The position numbers and the translations under genes are program-made. From the NCBI GenBank assembly GCA_963804955.1, contig CAWDSQ010000013.1, positions 83,692 to 147,691 of the forward strand: a DNA stretch of 64,000 nt, written 5' to 3'. The notes under the pieces were generated by a model. The model made no database searches. It was not told where the DNA came from and worked only from the letters and a program-made list of their open reading frames with translations. Shown here piece after piece: positions 43,413-53,695 of the stretch. Within the stretch, counting starts at the first letter, position 1. The number at the start of each line of letters is the position of its first letter. This DNA comes from an uncultured delta proteobacterium. Its GTDB lineage: Bacteria > Desulfobacterota > WTBG01 > CAIYCZ01 > CAIRTM01.

Positions 43413-45011
43413 ATGAGCAAAATGTCCTTTTTTCTCTGCTTCTTTGCCTGCGGCGCTCTGCTGCCCATGCTGCCTGCAGGAACTGCCTGTGCACAGCAGG
43501 CACATGGCCCCGTGTCACCGCAATCCTTTACGCTCCAGATCATGACCCTTCTTGACCGGTTCAGTGCAGATACGGAGCTGCAGAAAATCCGCAGGCGCGG
43601 CTTTAGCGCCTATATTTCCGAATACACGACAGAGTCCGGTAAAACAATCTACAAAATCCGAAGCGGGAAATACGCCAACCGGTCTTCGGCTGTCGCGGCA
43701 GCAAAAGAGTATCAGGCAAAAGAGGGCGTTGCCGTCATGGTTGTGACGGCCAGCGACGATGCCCCTGCCGGCAAAGCGCAATCCGCACAGAAAGAGGCTG
43801 TGCCGGACTCGTCAGAGAAGAAAAAAACAGCAGGTGAAAAGAATGTACGCATAACGGTGCAGGATGCGGAAAAAACCTCCCGCCCGACCAGCCTGCAGGA
43901 AAAAGTTGCCGCCCTCGAGCGGGGCCGCATGCCGGCGCAGGATAAAAAGCCTGACACACAGGAGCCCGTCGACGTCGTCTGGTTCACCCTGCAGACAAGC
44001 ACGGAGCCGGACAAACAATCGGCTGAGCGCAGAATCAATCAATTGGGCCGCAAGGGATATGAGGCGTACTTCGTAGAAACGCCTCTGGACAGCGGTAAAA
44101 CGCAGTATAAAATACGCATCGGCAAATACGGATCCCCTGAGGAAGCCGGGCAGGCTGCGCAAAAGTTCAATGACCGGGAGCGCAGGGGCTGCATGGTCGT
44201 AAAAATCGCCCCGACAGGTTCCGTTGAATCAGAACAGCCTTCCCCGGCAGGCAGGTTTGCGGCAGATGAGCAGCAGCAGAACGAGCCTGATGACATTGAT
44301 GCTGAAGCCCATTCGCAGACGGCAAAATACAAAGTTCGAAAAACTGATGCCCCTGACGACACAGAGCATATGCCTGCTGCCGACCTGCCTTCAGAGCCTG
44401 AACCGGCTCAGCCGGCCGCTCAGCATGCTAAAAAGGCTTCGGCGCCTGACGCCATCGAACAGCTAGAGCGGACTGACAATGATGCCGAACAGATGGAAGC
44501 TGCAGATGCCGCCGTTGAAGAGGTTGCAGCCAAACGCATGACAAAGATTTATGCCTACCGGACGGAAAGCGGCGCCATCAATCTTACAAACAGGTATGAA
44601 GACATTCCCGAAGCATCGCGGCAAAATATTGAGTATATTTCCCTGTTTCCCGTACATATTAAGAGCCTTGCAAAAAACGGAGCCCGGCTGACACTGGAGG
44701 CTGATGGCCAGCAGACAGACATTGTTCTGGCAGGCTTTGCCATGCCAAAAAAAAGTGAGCCGGTACGAGCCTATCTCGAAGAGCTGAAAACAAAACCCCT
44801 GCGGCTCAAGTACAGCCCTAGCCAGACAACCAAAGACGGCGCCATTGCAGGCAGGCTTTTCCTGAAGGAAGGCTCCTACATTAATCTCGACATGGTTCGC
44901 AAAGGCCTTGGTGAATGCAGCGTTCAAACGCTCGCTTCAGATCAGCAGGAAGCGTTCCGCCAGGCTCAGGAGGCCGCAAAGCGGGAGCGTGTTGGCCTCT
45001 GGGCAAACTAA
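43413..45011 (+). CDS. Exported protein with two SPOR domains and a C-terminal thermonuclease(SNase)-like domain
   Basis: FTLQ...YKIRSGKY and FTLQ...YKIRIGKY, INLDMVRKGLG...AQEAAKRERVGLW. Confidence 0.8.
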   Translation: MSKMSFFLCFFACGALLPMLPAGTACAQQAHGPVSPQSFTLQIMTLLDRFSADTELQKIRRRGFSAYISEYTTESGKTIYKIRSGKYANRSSAVAAAKEYQAKEGVAVMVVTASDDAPAGKAQSAQKEAVPDSSEKKKTAGEKNVRITVQDAEKTSRPTSLQEKVAALERGRMPAQDKKPDTQEPVDVVWFTLQTSTEPDKQSAERRINQLGRKGYEAYFVETPLDSGKTQYKIRIGKYGSPEEAGQAAQKFNDRERRGCMVVKIAPTGSVESEQPSPAGRFAADEQQQNEPDDIDAEAHSQTAKYKVRKTDAPDDTEHMPAADLPSEPEPAQPAAQHAKKASAPDAIEQLERTDNDAEQMEAADAAVEEVAAKRMTKIYAYRTESGAINLTNRYEDIPEASRQNIEYISLFPVHIKSLAKNGARLTLEADGQQTDIVLAGFAMPKKSEPVRAYLEELKTKPLRLKYSPSQTTKDGAIAGRLFLKEGSYINLDMVRKGLGECSVQTLASDQQEAFRQAQEAAKRERVGLWAN

Positions 45012-45106
45012 GTGGCATGCCTGCGGGGGTTTAAAAAATACAAAAGAATCGAATGAACCAGTTGACCTTTTACGAAAAAAGCTATATATATTGATACTCT
45101 TTAAAC

Positions 45107-45183
45107 GCGCCCTTAGCTCAGCTGGATAGAGTGACGGACTACGAATCCGTAGGTCACAAGTTCGAATCTTGTAGGGCGCGCCA
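45107..45183 (+). tRNA. tRNA-Arg (ACG)
   Basis: GCGCCCT/AGGGCGC acceptor stem, D arm, anticodon arm ACGGA-CT-ACG-AA-TCCGT, GTTCGAATC, encoded CCA. Confidence 0.97.
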
Positions 45184-45191
45184 GAAAATTC

Positions 45192-45227
45192 AAGCACTTA
45201 GCCGATTATAGGTTAAGTGCTTTTTTG
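45192..45227 (+). terminator. Intrinsic terminator after tRNA
   Basis: aagcacttagcc-gattata-ggttaagtgc-tttttt. Confidence 0.8.
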
Positions 45228-45576
45228 TTATCCTGAAGTTCTTTCCCCCACCTTTCCCGCTTTTGAAACTTCATGCCCTCAAAAGACAAAAAAGCTGGGG
45301 CTCGAAGTATTTAAGTTTAACTTATTCTGACATAGCACATAATTCTTCTGGTAATGTGGAATAATTACATAATGGCCCAGAGTCTACATGAAGAGCCGTA
45401 ACGTGGAATTTTTGGCAAGGGTGCAAGAGCAGGCTTGACTGCGATTCTCTATCTGCGAAAACCTGATTAATTTCCCCTATGCCAACCACGCCTCGTCCTA
45501 TATTCACCCAATCTCAAAGCAAGTTCCTATCAAGATTCGTCTCTCATGTATGACTGAAATTCAATGGTACAAAGCC

Positions 45577-46530
45577 TCATCTAACGTACCGTTTCCTGAA
45601 TTTCTGAACGCGATCATTTCCATTATCCCCCACGTAGACAAACTTCCCCCAAAAGCTCGCCTCCACAGCAAAGGGGGTGACAAATTGCCCGTTACCTGAA
45701 CCTTCTTCACCCCACGTGGTAATAAATGTGCCGGCTGTAGTGAACTTCTGTATGCGATTATTATAAGAATCAGCCACATAGACATTGCCTTTTGCATCAG
45801 CTGCAATTCCATAAGGGGAATTAAACTGTCCGTTATCGGTACCGAAAGAGCCCCACAGGATAATAAACTCTCCCTCTGCGGTAAATTTCTGAATGCGATT
45901 GTTCAGCGTATCAGCTACATAGACTTTTCCTGCTAAATCTACGGCAACCCCGTACGGTCTGTTGAATTGGCCTGCGAGCGTACCTTCAGTGCCCCATGAC
46001 GTAAGAAAATCACCGTTGTCAGTGAACTTTTGAATGCGGTGGTTGTAGGTATCAGCCACATAGACATTGCCAGCCAGGTCCACGGCGATATCAGAGGGGG
46101 CATTAAATTGTCCTGCCAGTGATCCATAAGATCCCCAAGAGGAAATAAAGGCACCGTTTGCAGCGAATTTCTGAATTCGTTTGTTTCCTTGATCAACCAC
46201 ATAGACATTGCCGGACAGGTCAACCGCCAATCCCTTGGGAGAGTCAAACTGGCCATCGCCTGTGCCTGTAGAGCCCCATGTGATGAGAAAATTACCGTTT
46301 TTAGTGAACTTCTGAATGCGATCATTTCCCGAATCAGAGACATATATATTCCCTGATAAGCTTACCGCCACCCCATTGGGCCTGTGAAACGATCCGTCAA
46401 CTCCAACAGAACCATTCCACTTACTGTCGAAGAAATATTTTTCTTCAAACAGCCCTGCACAGGCGGTAGCATACAATACGTTTATACCGATCAGGAACCC
46501 TAACAAAATAAATAGAATGTATTTTTTCAT
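45577..46530 (-). CDS. Secreted NHL-repeat six-bladed beta-propeller protein
   Basis: Signal peptide and six approx. 47-aa repeats GQF..P.G.AVD..GNVYVAD..N.RIQKF. Confidence 0.9.
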   Translation of the reverse strand: MKKYILFILLGFLIGINVLYATACAGLFEEKYFFDSKWNGSVGVDGSFHRPNGVAVSLSGNIYVSDSGNDRIQKFTKNGNFLITWGSTGTGDGQFDSPKGLAVDLSGNVYVVDQGNKRIQKFAANGAFISSWGSYGSLAGQFNAPSDIAVDLAGNVYVADTYNHRIQKFTDNGDFLTSWGTEGTLAGQFNRPYGVAVDLAGKVYVADTLNNRIQKFTAEGEFIILWGSFGTDNGQFNSPYGIAADAKGNVYVADSYNNRIQKFTTAGTFITTWGEEGSGNGQFVTPFAVEASFWGKFVYVGDNGNDRVQKFRKRYVR

Positions 46531-46697
46531 ACTATTCCCTCCCTTAAAATACCGGCATATACAAAATTGCAAGCTGCGCGCACTATAACTCACGGATACA
46601 ATAAAATCAAACTCAATAAAATAATCAACGTTTACAAATGGCATGAAATCAGCAGCTGCTGCAAACCGTCCTTTGGAGTGCATTATGAGCATTCTTC

Positions 46698-46979
46698 TCA
46701 ATCCCCGATCCTTATCTTGATGGCAGTAACCTCCGATTCGATAGAACTGACATCGGTCGCTATGGAACTGATATCCGTCTCTATGGAACTTAAATCATAT
46801 TCCATGGTACTAACAATATATTCTATGGAACTGACCTTCCCGTTGATAGAACGAACCTTTGATTTGATAGAACTGATATTTTTGTTCACCTTAATCAATT
46901 CGTATGTGGCGAAAACCATGAAAATGCCAACTGCTAAAAATTTCCAGTCCGCTTTGATGAATGCAAGAAGCCTTTTCAT
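46698..46979 (-). CDS. Small membrane-anchored coiled-coil protein (heptad repeats)
   Basis: RBS GGAGG, one TM helix, seven 21-bp units encoding (I/V)SSIxxx. Confidence 0.7.
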   Translation of the reverse strand: MKRLLAFIKADWKFLAVGIFMVFATYELIKVNKNISSIKSKVRSINGKVSSIEYIVSTMEYDLSSIETDISSIATDVSSIESEVTAIKIRIGD

Positions 46980-47004
46980 ATTTCCTCCATTACAATTTTA
47001 AATT

Positions 47005-47062
47005 TACGAACGCTAAAGCTCAACCTCCGCTGAAAGCTGTCAGCTGAAGTGGATTGTGCCTA
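47005..47062 (-). mobile_element. Degenerate integron attC-like site
   Basis: Minus strand ...CACTTCAGCTGACAGCTTTCAGCGGAGGTTGAGCTTTAGCGTTCG, right after the GNAT stop and before the next gene. Confidence 0.5.
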
Positions 47063-47063
47063 T

Positions 47064-47568
47064 TTACTTTTCCTTTAGTGCCTCCCATGCCGTATTTGCC
47101 AAGACAACGGAGGTTGCGACCTGCCGCTCGGGGATACGCCAGAACTGCCGCAGAAGCCGTTCCGTTTCTTGCCTGGAGAGAGTACTATAGCCGTTCTTCT
47201 CGTAAAATCGGATAGCCCATGTCGCGTCAATCCATGTGCCGATGAGGATTGGTTTATTCGTCAGCGATTCAAGATGGCGCAAAAGAGTTGTGCCGATACC
47301 GCAGTTCCGCCGTGCTGTTATCGTATAGGCGTGGCGCATCGAGGGTGACTTCGCCTTTATCTTGAGCGCCCATCACCCCCACGAGCGCGCCACCCTCTTC
47401 TGCTCCCCAGAACTCGACCCCATCGGCAATTTCTTTCTCTATCTCCTCAAGGGACATATATGGCTCATGCCAACGATCATCGGGAATTACACCTTTATAG
47501 GCTTGCGCGGCATCGTTGATGATGGCGAACATACGAGTTATGTCTGGCGTATCACATTTTCGTATCAT
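47064..47568 (-). CDS. GNAT family acetyltransferase (frameshift near 47345)
   Basis: INDAAQAYKGVIP..RWHEPYM, RHAY....RR.GIG..LL, AIRFYEKNGY. Confidence 0.85.
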
Positions 47569-47578
47569 TATTGCATGG

Positions 47579-47690
47579 TGCCTAAAGCTCAAGATCAGCC
47601 GCCGCTGAAAAACGGTCGGCTCTCAACAAAAAAAGCGCGCCCATAGTGGATGCGCTCACATTGCGTATATTGGCTGTATTGTTCATTCGG
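47579..47690 (-). mobile_element. Degenerate integron attC-like site
   Basis: Minus strand CCGAATGAACAATACAGCC...GCGGCGGCTGATCTTGAGCTTTAGGC, about 10 bp before the GNAT ATG. Confidence 0.5.
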
Positions 47691-47916
47691 TACCCCCTTG
47701 CGGAAAGCCGATACCCTGATGCTCGAAATATTATTATCTTAAACAAATGGGGGCGTCAACCGTATAAAAAGCTCATGTTAAGAGTAAATAGTAATGTCCG
47801 GTTTTGTAATACATGATCTGCCGTTCAGATCGTACTTTGTGACCAGTTTTTTTTAGATTTCAAGAAATCACAGAATACTATATAAATGTTTTGTTTGATG
47901 CCACAAAGGATAAGCT

Positions 47917-49026
47917 ATGAAGAGTACAAAATTTTTCTGGTTTGCTGTTGCGCTCACTGTGCTCGCTGGATGCGGCGATCCAAAGCGTGAGCAGGCTTTA
48001 GAAGAAATCCGCACATTGGAAACAAAGCAGGAAGAGTCCGAAAGCACGTATGAGCAGCTCAAGAAATTCAAGGTTATTCATTCGCAGTTCATCTTGCGCG
48101 AACAGGAATTCAACAACAAGCAGCCTATCATAGTGTTAACCGTAAAGAATGAAACCGAACAGGCTGTATCACGTGCATACTTCGAGGCAACGCTTGCCAG
48201 TCCTGGTCGAAAGGACCCCTGGTACAAGGACAGATTCAATTACATGATCTCCGGGGGCCTGGAGCCCGGAGAGGAAGCGACATGGTCTCTCGAACAACAC
48301 ATGTTATCGGGTTGGGCGAAAGTAGATGCCCCGGCAGACGCTGCATTAACAGTTACGGTTGAAAAAATTGACGGCGCCGATGGCAAGTCAAGCTCTGCGG
48401 CAAGGGCATTTACCGGGCGCGACCGCGAAAGGCTGGATGAGCTCAAAAAGAAGTATGGTGTCGAGAATAAGCACGCACTACTTGCGGTGCGCCATGACGA
48501 CCGAAAAGCTCCGCTGAGCGTCAGCGGTCAAAAGGATACGGATAATAAACCCGATATAATGCCTGAGTTGCCCGGTCCGGAAAAGAAAACAGACCCTGCA
48601 CCGCAGATCCCAGAGCTTGCGGCAAACGGTGTACAAGCAGCACCGGCGCCGACCCCGGCAGCTGAAAAGCCGGGCCATAAGCCGCCGCTCTATCAACCCC
48701 CGGCAGAAAATAAAACTCCGCCTCCGGCGCCTGCTGCTGCGCCGCCTGCAAGGACTGCCGCAGCGCAGCCGGCCCCGAAAGCTTCAGAGTCAATCGTCTA
48801 TAGGCTTCAGCTTGGCTCTTTCAAAAGTAAAAATGCCGCCTCTTCTTTTTCACGCTCTCTTTCCGCCAGGGGCTATAAGCCGGAAATCGTAAAGATTACG
48901 GTGCCGGATAGGGGCCCCACCTACCGCGTTCGCCTTGGAAAATACAAAAATCTCGATGATGCCAGGAAAATGGTCGCCGCTCTGGTAAAAAAAGAGGGCA
49001 TTTCCGCCATTATTATTTCCAGGTAG
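47917..49026 (+). CDS. Lipoprotein with Pro/Ala linker and C-terminal SPOR domain
   Basis: Lipobox LAGC, YRLQLGSF...YRVRLGKY. Confidence 0.82.
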   Translation: MKSTKFFWFAVALTVLAGCGDPKREQALEEIRTLETKQEESESTYEQLKKFKVIHSQFILREQEFNNKQPIIVLTVKNETEQAVSRAYFEATLASPGRKDPWYKDRFNYMISGGLEPGEEATWSLEQHMLSGWAKVDAPADAALTVTVEKIDGADGKSSSAARAFTGRDRERLDELKKKYGVENKHALLAVRHDDRKAPLSVSGQKDTDNKPDIMPELPGPEKKTDPAPQIPELAANGVQAAPAPTPAAEKPGHKPPLYQPPAENKTPPPAPAAAPPARTAAAQPAPKASESIVYRLQLGSFKSKNAASSFSRSLSARGYKPEIVKITVPDRGPTYRVRLGKYKNLDDARKMVAALVKKEGISAIIISR

Positions 49027-49371
49027 CTATTTCCGGCAGAAAATTAAGCCCGCCTGCCTGCATGATCCCTGATCAATTGTTAGCAAAATCATTCATCCAA
49101 ACGCACAGAAACAATAACTTGCAGCTTTCTAACTTTATGCATAGTGCTCATTATGATCAAATTGATCCGCTAACTATTAATCGTTTTGAACACATTATAC
49201 GGTGTAGTAAGGTTGTCATAAGTCGAAAATTCTTCCCTTAAACCTCCACAATAAAAAACCATCATTATTTCTTGTTGCCGGCATTAAAAAAAATGTTTAT
49301 ACGATTTATTTTAAATCAATTTTAATATTTTTATTCTTTAAGCTTGCACCCCGCAAAGACGCTCTCCTTAT

Positions 49372-49387
49372 TGGCACAATATATGTA
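49372..49387 (+). promoter_or_regulatory. Possible sigma54 promoter
   Basis: TGGCAC-AATAT-ATGTA (-24 box perfect, -12 box GT variant), about 90 bp upstream of the LRR gene. Confidence 0.35.
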
Positions 49388-49476
49388 ATAACAACTATGG
49401 TTAAAAAATGCTCAACTCCTTGCGGACAGAAAAGCTCGATTTATTTTTAAATTAAACCTTTATTTAAACACTTTAT

Positions 49477-50605
49477 ATGTTTTTAAAAAAATTTTTGTTA
49501 AAAAAGCTATTAATTGTCTCTATATTTCTACCCTCACCGGCACTTGCACAGCAATGGGGAGATTTCAGATATACTGAATCAGATGATGCTATCACCATCA
49601 TCAAATACACCGGTTCTGGTGATGCAGTTGAACTTCCAGCGGATATAGATGGCAAGCCGGTAGTACGTATTGGCAGTGATGCTTTTCAATATTCCACCGG
49701 TTTGACCAGTCTTAACATTCCCGAGAGCATTATGAGCATCGGAGCGGGAGCTTTTTGGGGTTGCTCCGGTTTGTCCAGCGTGATTATCCCTGAAAGCGTT
49801 ATGAGCATTGAGGCAGGAGCTTTTGCTGCCTGCACCGGTTTGACCAGTGTTACCATCCCGGGCAGCGTTACAAGCATTGGCTCAGGGGCGTTTTGCCTGT
49901 GCACCGGACTGGCCGGTATAGATGTTGCCCCGGACAATCCTTTTTATAGCAGTCAGGACGGCGTGCTGTACGATAAGGACAAGACCGCTCTCATGCAGTA
50001 TCCGGCCGGAAAGTATGGCTCTTTTACCATACCGGGAAGCGTTACGAGCATTGGGGATTATGCGTTTAGAAATTGCACCGGTTTGACCGGCGTGACTATT
50101 CCGGGCAGCGTTACAAGAATTGGCTACGGAGCATTTTCTTATTGCGTCGGCCTGACCGGCATTACCATCGCTGAAACTGTTACAAGCCTTTTGGGTGCTG
50201 TGTTTTATGGCTGCGCAGGCTTGACCGGTGCATACTTCTTTAGGCAATGCGCCGGAGATGGGCGCTGATGTTTTCAATGATTGCTCAAGCGGCTTTACCG
50301 TTTACTACACTGCAGGAAGCACGGGCTTTACATCCCCGTGGTGGCATGGCTATCCTGCAGCGCTGTCAGGCGGCAGTTCATGTCCGGCCAAAGCAGCGCT
50401 CGGGAATGATAATCCAAATCTTGAACAACTGCGCGCTTTCCGTGACGGTCCCCTTGCCCAGAGTGAAGCCGGGCGCAGGCTTACACGCATCTATTACGAA
50501 AATGCCGGCAGCATCACGGCTGCCCTTGACCGCAGCCCTGCCCTGCGGGCCGCGGCCCGCAAGTTTTTTGAAGCCGCAGCCCAGCTGCTGGGCAATAAAG
50601 AATGA
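49477..50605 (+). CDS. BspA-type LRR surface protein with CFI-box-CTERM-like tail (frameshift near 50238)
   Basis: LTSVTIPGSVTSIG..AF..C repeats. Tail CPAKAALG...LRAFRD..L....GRRLTRIYY. Confidence 0.85.
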
Positions 50606-50722
50606 GGTTGGTTTTGATCCACTAAACAGCTTGCAGTAAATAATAAATAATATATATTACATTACAAACACGAAACAATTATTGGCTTTTAATACAAATA
50701 CGCTTTTTCAAAGGAGGACACA

Positions 50723-52852
50723 ATGCAGTTGATGAAATCGGTGGTGCTCATATCATTGTTTGTTTTTATATTTAATTCTTCAGCGGCCTTTGCAGCCCAA
50801 GACGGGAATTATACGTATACCGAATCTGGTGGAAATGCTACAATAACGGCGTATACCGGCACTGATACGGTTATCGTAATTCCCCCTACACTTGGTGGGT
50901 TTCCGACAGTTGCTATTGGGACTCAAGCTTTTTTTAATTTGACCTCGTTGACCAGCATAACCATACCAACCAGCGTTACGAGCATTGGTTTTGCCGCATT
51001 TAATGGCTGCACCGGATTGACCAGCATAACCATACCGGGTAGCGTTACGACCATTGGGGCTTATGCGTTTGAAGGCTGCACAGGCTTGACCAGCGCGACC
51101 ATAACAGACGGCGTTACAAGCATTGGGGATGGTGCGTTTCAAAATTGCACCGGATTGACCAGCGTGACTATACCGGGCACTGTTGCAAGCATAGGGAGCG
51201 CTGCGTTTAATGGCTGCACCGGTTTGACCAGTATGACCATACCAAGCAGCGTAACCAGTTTAGGAAATTCCGCATTTTATAATTGTTCCGGATTGGCCAC
51301 GGTCAGCATACCGGTGAGTCTTTCGAGCATTCCTGATTATGCGTTTCATGGCTGCACCAGTTTGATCAGCGTGACCATACCGGGCAGCATAACGAGCATT
51401 GGAGATTACGCATTTTATCTGTGCACCGCTTTGACCGGCGCATATTTTTCCGGAAATGCTCCGACTATGGGTGCTGGTGTTTTTGACAACTGCGCAATCG
51501 GCTTCACTGTTTACTCTACTGCTGGAGGCACAGGCTTTACAAATCCGTGGTATGGCTATCCTGCTATTTTCTGTACTGATGCTGATCATGACGGGTATTC
51601 TATCGAAGGAGGCGGATGCGGTGCGATTGACTGTAATGACAATAATTCTTTGGTGAATCCTGACGCCTCAGATGCCACGTGCAACGGTATCGATGACGAC
51701 TGCGATGGCTCTGCGGATGAAGGGTATGTGGCCAACTCGGGTTGTTTTCTGCCGGGTGTATGCGCGGCGGGCAATGCCGCATCCACCTGTATTGCAGGGT
51801 CTGAAACAGCCTGCCAGACCGGAACTCCGTCAGGCATTGCAGAATCGGTGTGTAACGGCGCAGATGATGACTGCGACAGCAGTACGGATGAAGACTATGC
51901 GGCAGACAGCAGCTGCTTCCTGCCGGGTGTGTGCGCGGCGGGCAATGCGGCATCGACATGCGTGGCGGGCGTAGAGACGGCCTGCGCGCCAGGCACTCCG
52001 ACAGGCATAGCGGAAAGTGTCTGTAACGGGGTCGATGACGACTGCGACGGCACGGATGATGAGGACTATGTCAGTCAGGTGACAAATTGCGGCGTCGGGG
52101 CCTGCGCAACCACAGGCAGCACCTCATGCGTATCGGGCGGTGTTGTGGATAGCTGTACGCCCGGAACCTCGACTGCTGAGGTTTGTAACGGCATCGATGA
52201 TGACTGCGACGGTGATATCGATAATGGGCTGATATTTAAAACGTATTATATGGATGCCGATTACGACTCATATGGCAATGCTGATAATGCTACGGTTGAC
52301 TGTGAAGCGCCTGAGGGTTATGTCGATAACAGCACGGGCTTTGACTGCAATGACAATGATTCGGCAGTTAATCCGGAAGCAGAAGAAGTGTGCGGCGACG
52401 GCATCGATAACAACTGCGACAATCTGACGGATGAAAACTGCACTATAGATAACTGTACAGATGCAGACGGCGATGGCTACTTTGTCGGCGAAGGCTGCAC
52501 CCCGGCAGACTGCGATGACACTGACTGGAAAAACTTTGAAGGTTGCGAAGCATCTCCCTGCTCCCTGCAGATCATACCTAAACAGATTTTCAAGGTTGCA
52601 AGATTCTTTGAGCCTGTCGTCCCGTACATTATTATTGCAGATACAGAAAGCGGCATTGAGTTCGGGACCTTTACAGTCAGGTTTGCCTCCGATGCCATCC
52701 GCGGTCTCTCCCGGGTCCGGATCGGCCAGAGAATTATTGTTGGCGCATACCTGGTAAATCCGTTTAAATTGGAAAAGGGCGATACAACGGCAGAAGTCGA
52801 AATGTACGGTGTGAGCCCCGACTTCCGGTGCGCAACGTTTACAGTGAGGTAA
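50723..52852 (+). CDS. BspA-type LRR surface protein with Cys/Asp-rich (MopE-like) repeats and an unrecognised C-terminal domain
   Basis: Signal peptide, about nine LRR units, CNGxDDDCDG repeats, DADGDGY motifs. Confidence 0.88.
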   Translation: MQLMKSVVLISLFVFIFNSSAAFAAQDGNYTYTESGGNATITAYTGTDTVIVIPPTLGGFPTVAIGTQAFFNLTSLTSITIPTSVTSIGFAAFNGCTGLTSITIPGSVTTIGAYAFEGCTGLTSATITDGVTSIGDGAFQNCTGLTSVTIPGTVASIGSAAFNGCTGLTSMTIPSSVTSLGNSAFYNCSGLATVSIPVSLSSIPDYAFHGCTSLISVTIPGSITSIGDYAFYLCTALTGAYFSGNAPTMGAGVFDNCAIGFTVYSTAGGTGFTNPWYGYPAIFCTDADHDGYSIEGGGCGAIDCNDNNSLVNPDASDATCNGIDDDCDGSADEGYVANSGCFLPGVCAAGNAASTCIAGSETACQTGTPSGIAESVCNGADDDCDSSTDEDYAADSSCFLPGVCAAGNAASTCVAGVETACAPGTPTGIAESVCNGVDDDCDGTDDEDYVSQVTNCGVGACATTGSTSCVSGGVVDSCTPGTSTAEVCNGIDDDCDGDIDNGLIFKTYYMDADYDSYGNADNATVDCEAPEGYVDNSTGFDCNDNDSAVNPEAEEVCGDGIDNNCDNLTDENCTIDNCTDADGDGYFVGEGCTPADCDDTDWKNFEGCEASPCSLQIIPKQIFKVARFFEPVVPYIIIADTESGIEFGTFTVRFASDAIRGLSRVRIGQRIIVGAYLVNPFKLEKGDTTAEVEMYGVSPDFRCATFTVR

Positions 52853-52882
52853 GCTGTTTTCCTCTCACTGTTTGATTCTCTG

Positions 52883-53615
52883 ATCGAGCAGGAGGTGAGC
52901 GATTATTTCGCTCACCGTCCTCTCACACCACCGTAGGTGCCATTCAACACACGGCGGTTCGTAAAGAACTACGATTGTCTGTAAACCATTGAGAGACCTG
53001 CAAGGCCTGCCTTTCGAAAGTAATTATTGGTAAGGCTGCGATTCAAAATTGGGCTTTTGGCTGTGCGCCATAAGCCCTTTCCTGTATTGGCATATTGCCA
53101 TGCTTTTCTTTTATCAATGCCATGTTTGACAAGGTTGGCATATCTGGTCTTGGTCTTTTTCCATAGCTCCCAGTAGCACATGCGCAGCCGCCGCCGTATC
53201 CATTCATCCAGTTCTATGCAGTGTTGTCGCATGACGGCAACCTTGAAGTAGTTGGCCCACCCTCAAAATATCTGCTTGAGGCTGGCTGCCCTTTGTTCCA
53301 TACTCATGGCATTACACGGTTGTGTTACCGCCCGAGCCTTCTCTTGTAACCGTTGTACGGTTTTGGGGTGTATTCGCACCCCCACTCCGCCCTTTTTGTA
53401 GTCAGATGAGACCCCTTAAAACATTCGCTTTGTCTGGCAAGTTCGTCCGGCTTATGCAGTCTCTCATGCAGTTTCTGTTCGTCAGGCCGGGGCTTTGCCT
53501 CCGGCTTCTTTCTGATTCGCAGTCACCCACGACACCCTTGCCTTTGGCTAATGATTCCTGTTGCCAAGCTCATAGCGGACTTGCACCGCCAAGTTATCGC
53601 CCATGCCGGGCACAC
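52883..53615 (-). mobile_element. Group IIC intron with large internal deletion (both ends intact, RT domains missing)
   Basis: 5' end GTGTGCCCGGCATGGGCG. DV GAACCGCCGTG...CGGTGGTGTGAGAGG. DVI ending CTCGAT. Inserted right after a terminator hairpin. Confidence 0.9.
52969..53420 (-). pseudogene. Maturase (thumb/X domain) remnant of the intron-encoded protein
   Basis: GWANYF preceded by an in-frame stop, LDEWIRRRLRMCYW..WK, LWR...SPIL. Confidence 0.85.
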
Positions 53616-53618
53616 CAT

Positions 53619-53647
53619 AAAAAGGCCCGGTGCTTCTGCATCGGGCC
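53619..53647 (-). terminator. Intrinsic terminator, insertion target of the IIC intron
   Basis: Minus strand GGCCCGATGC-AGAA-GCACCGGGCC-TTTTT. Confidence 0.85.
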
Positions 53648-53695
53648 ATTGATTTGGACAAAATAATACAGCAAAAAAATCAGCGGGCAATGGCC

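Noticed and set aside
45322..45507. 61-aa ORF after the tRNA as an integrase remnant
   Set aside because: No tyrosine or serine recombinase motifs are recognisable.
46740..46886. CRISPR-like periodic repeats
   Set aside because: The period is 21 bp with no unique spacers, it lies inside an ORF as coiled-coil heptads, and there are no cas genes.
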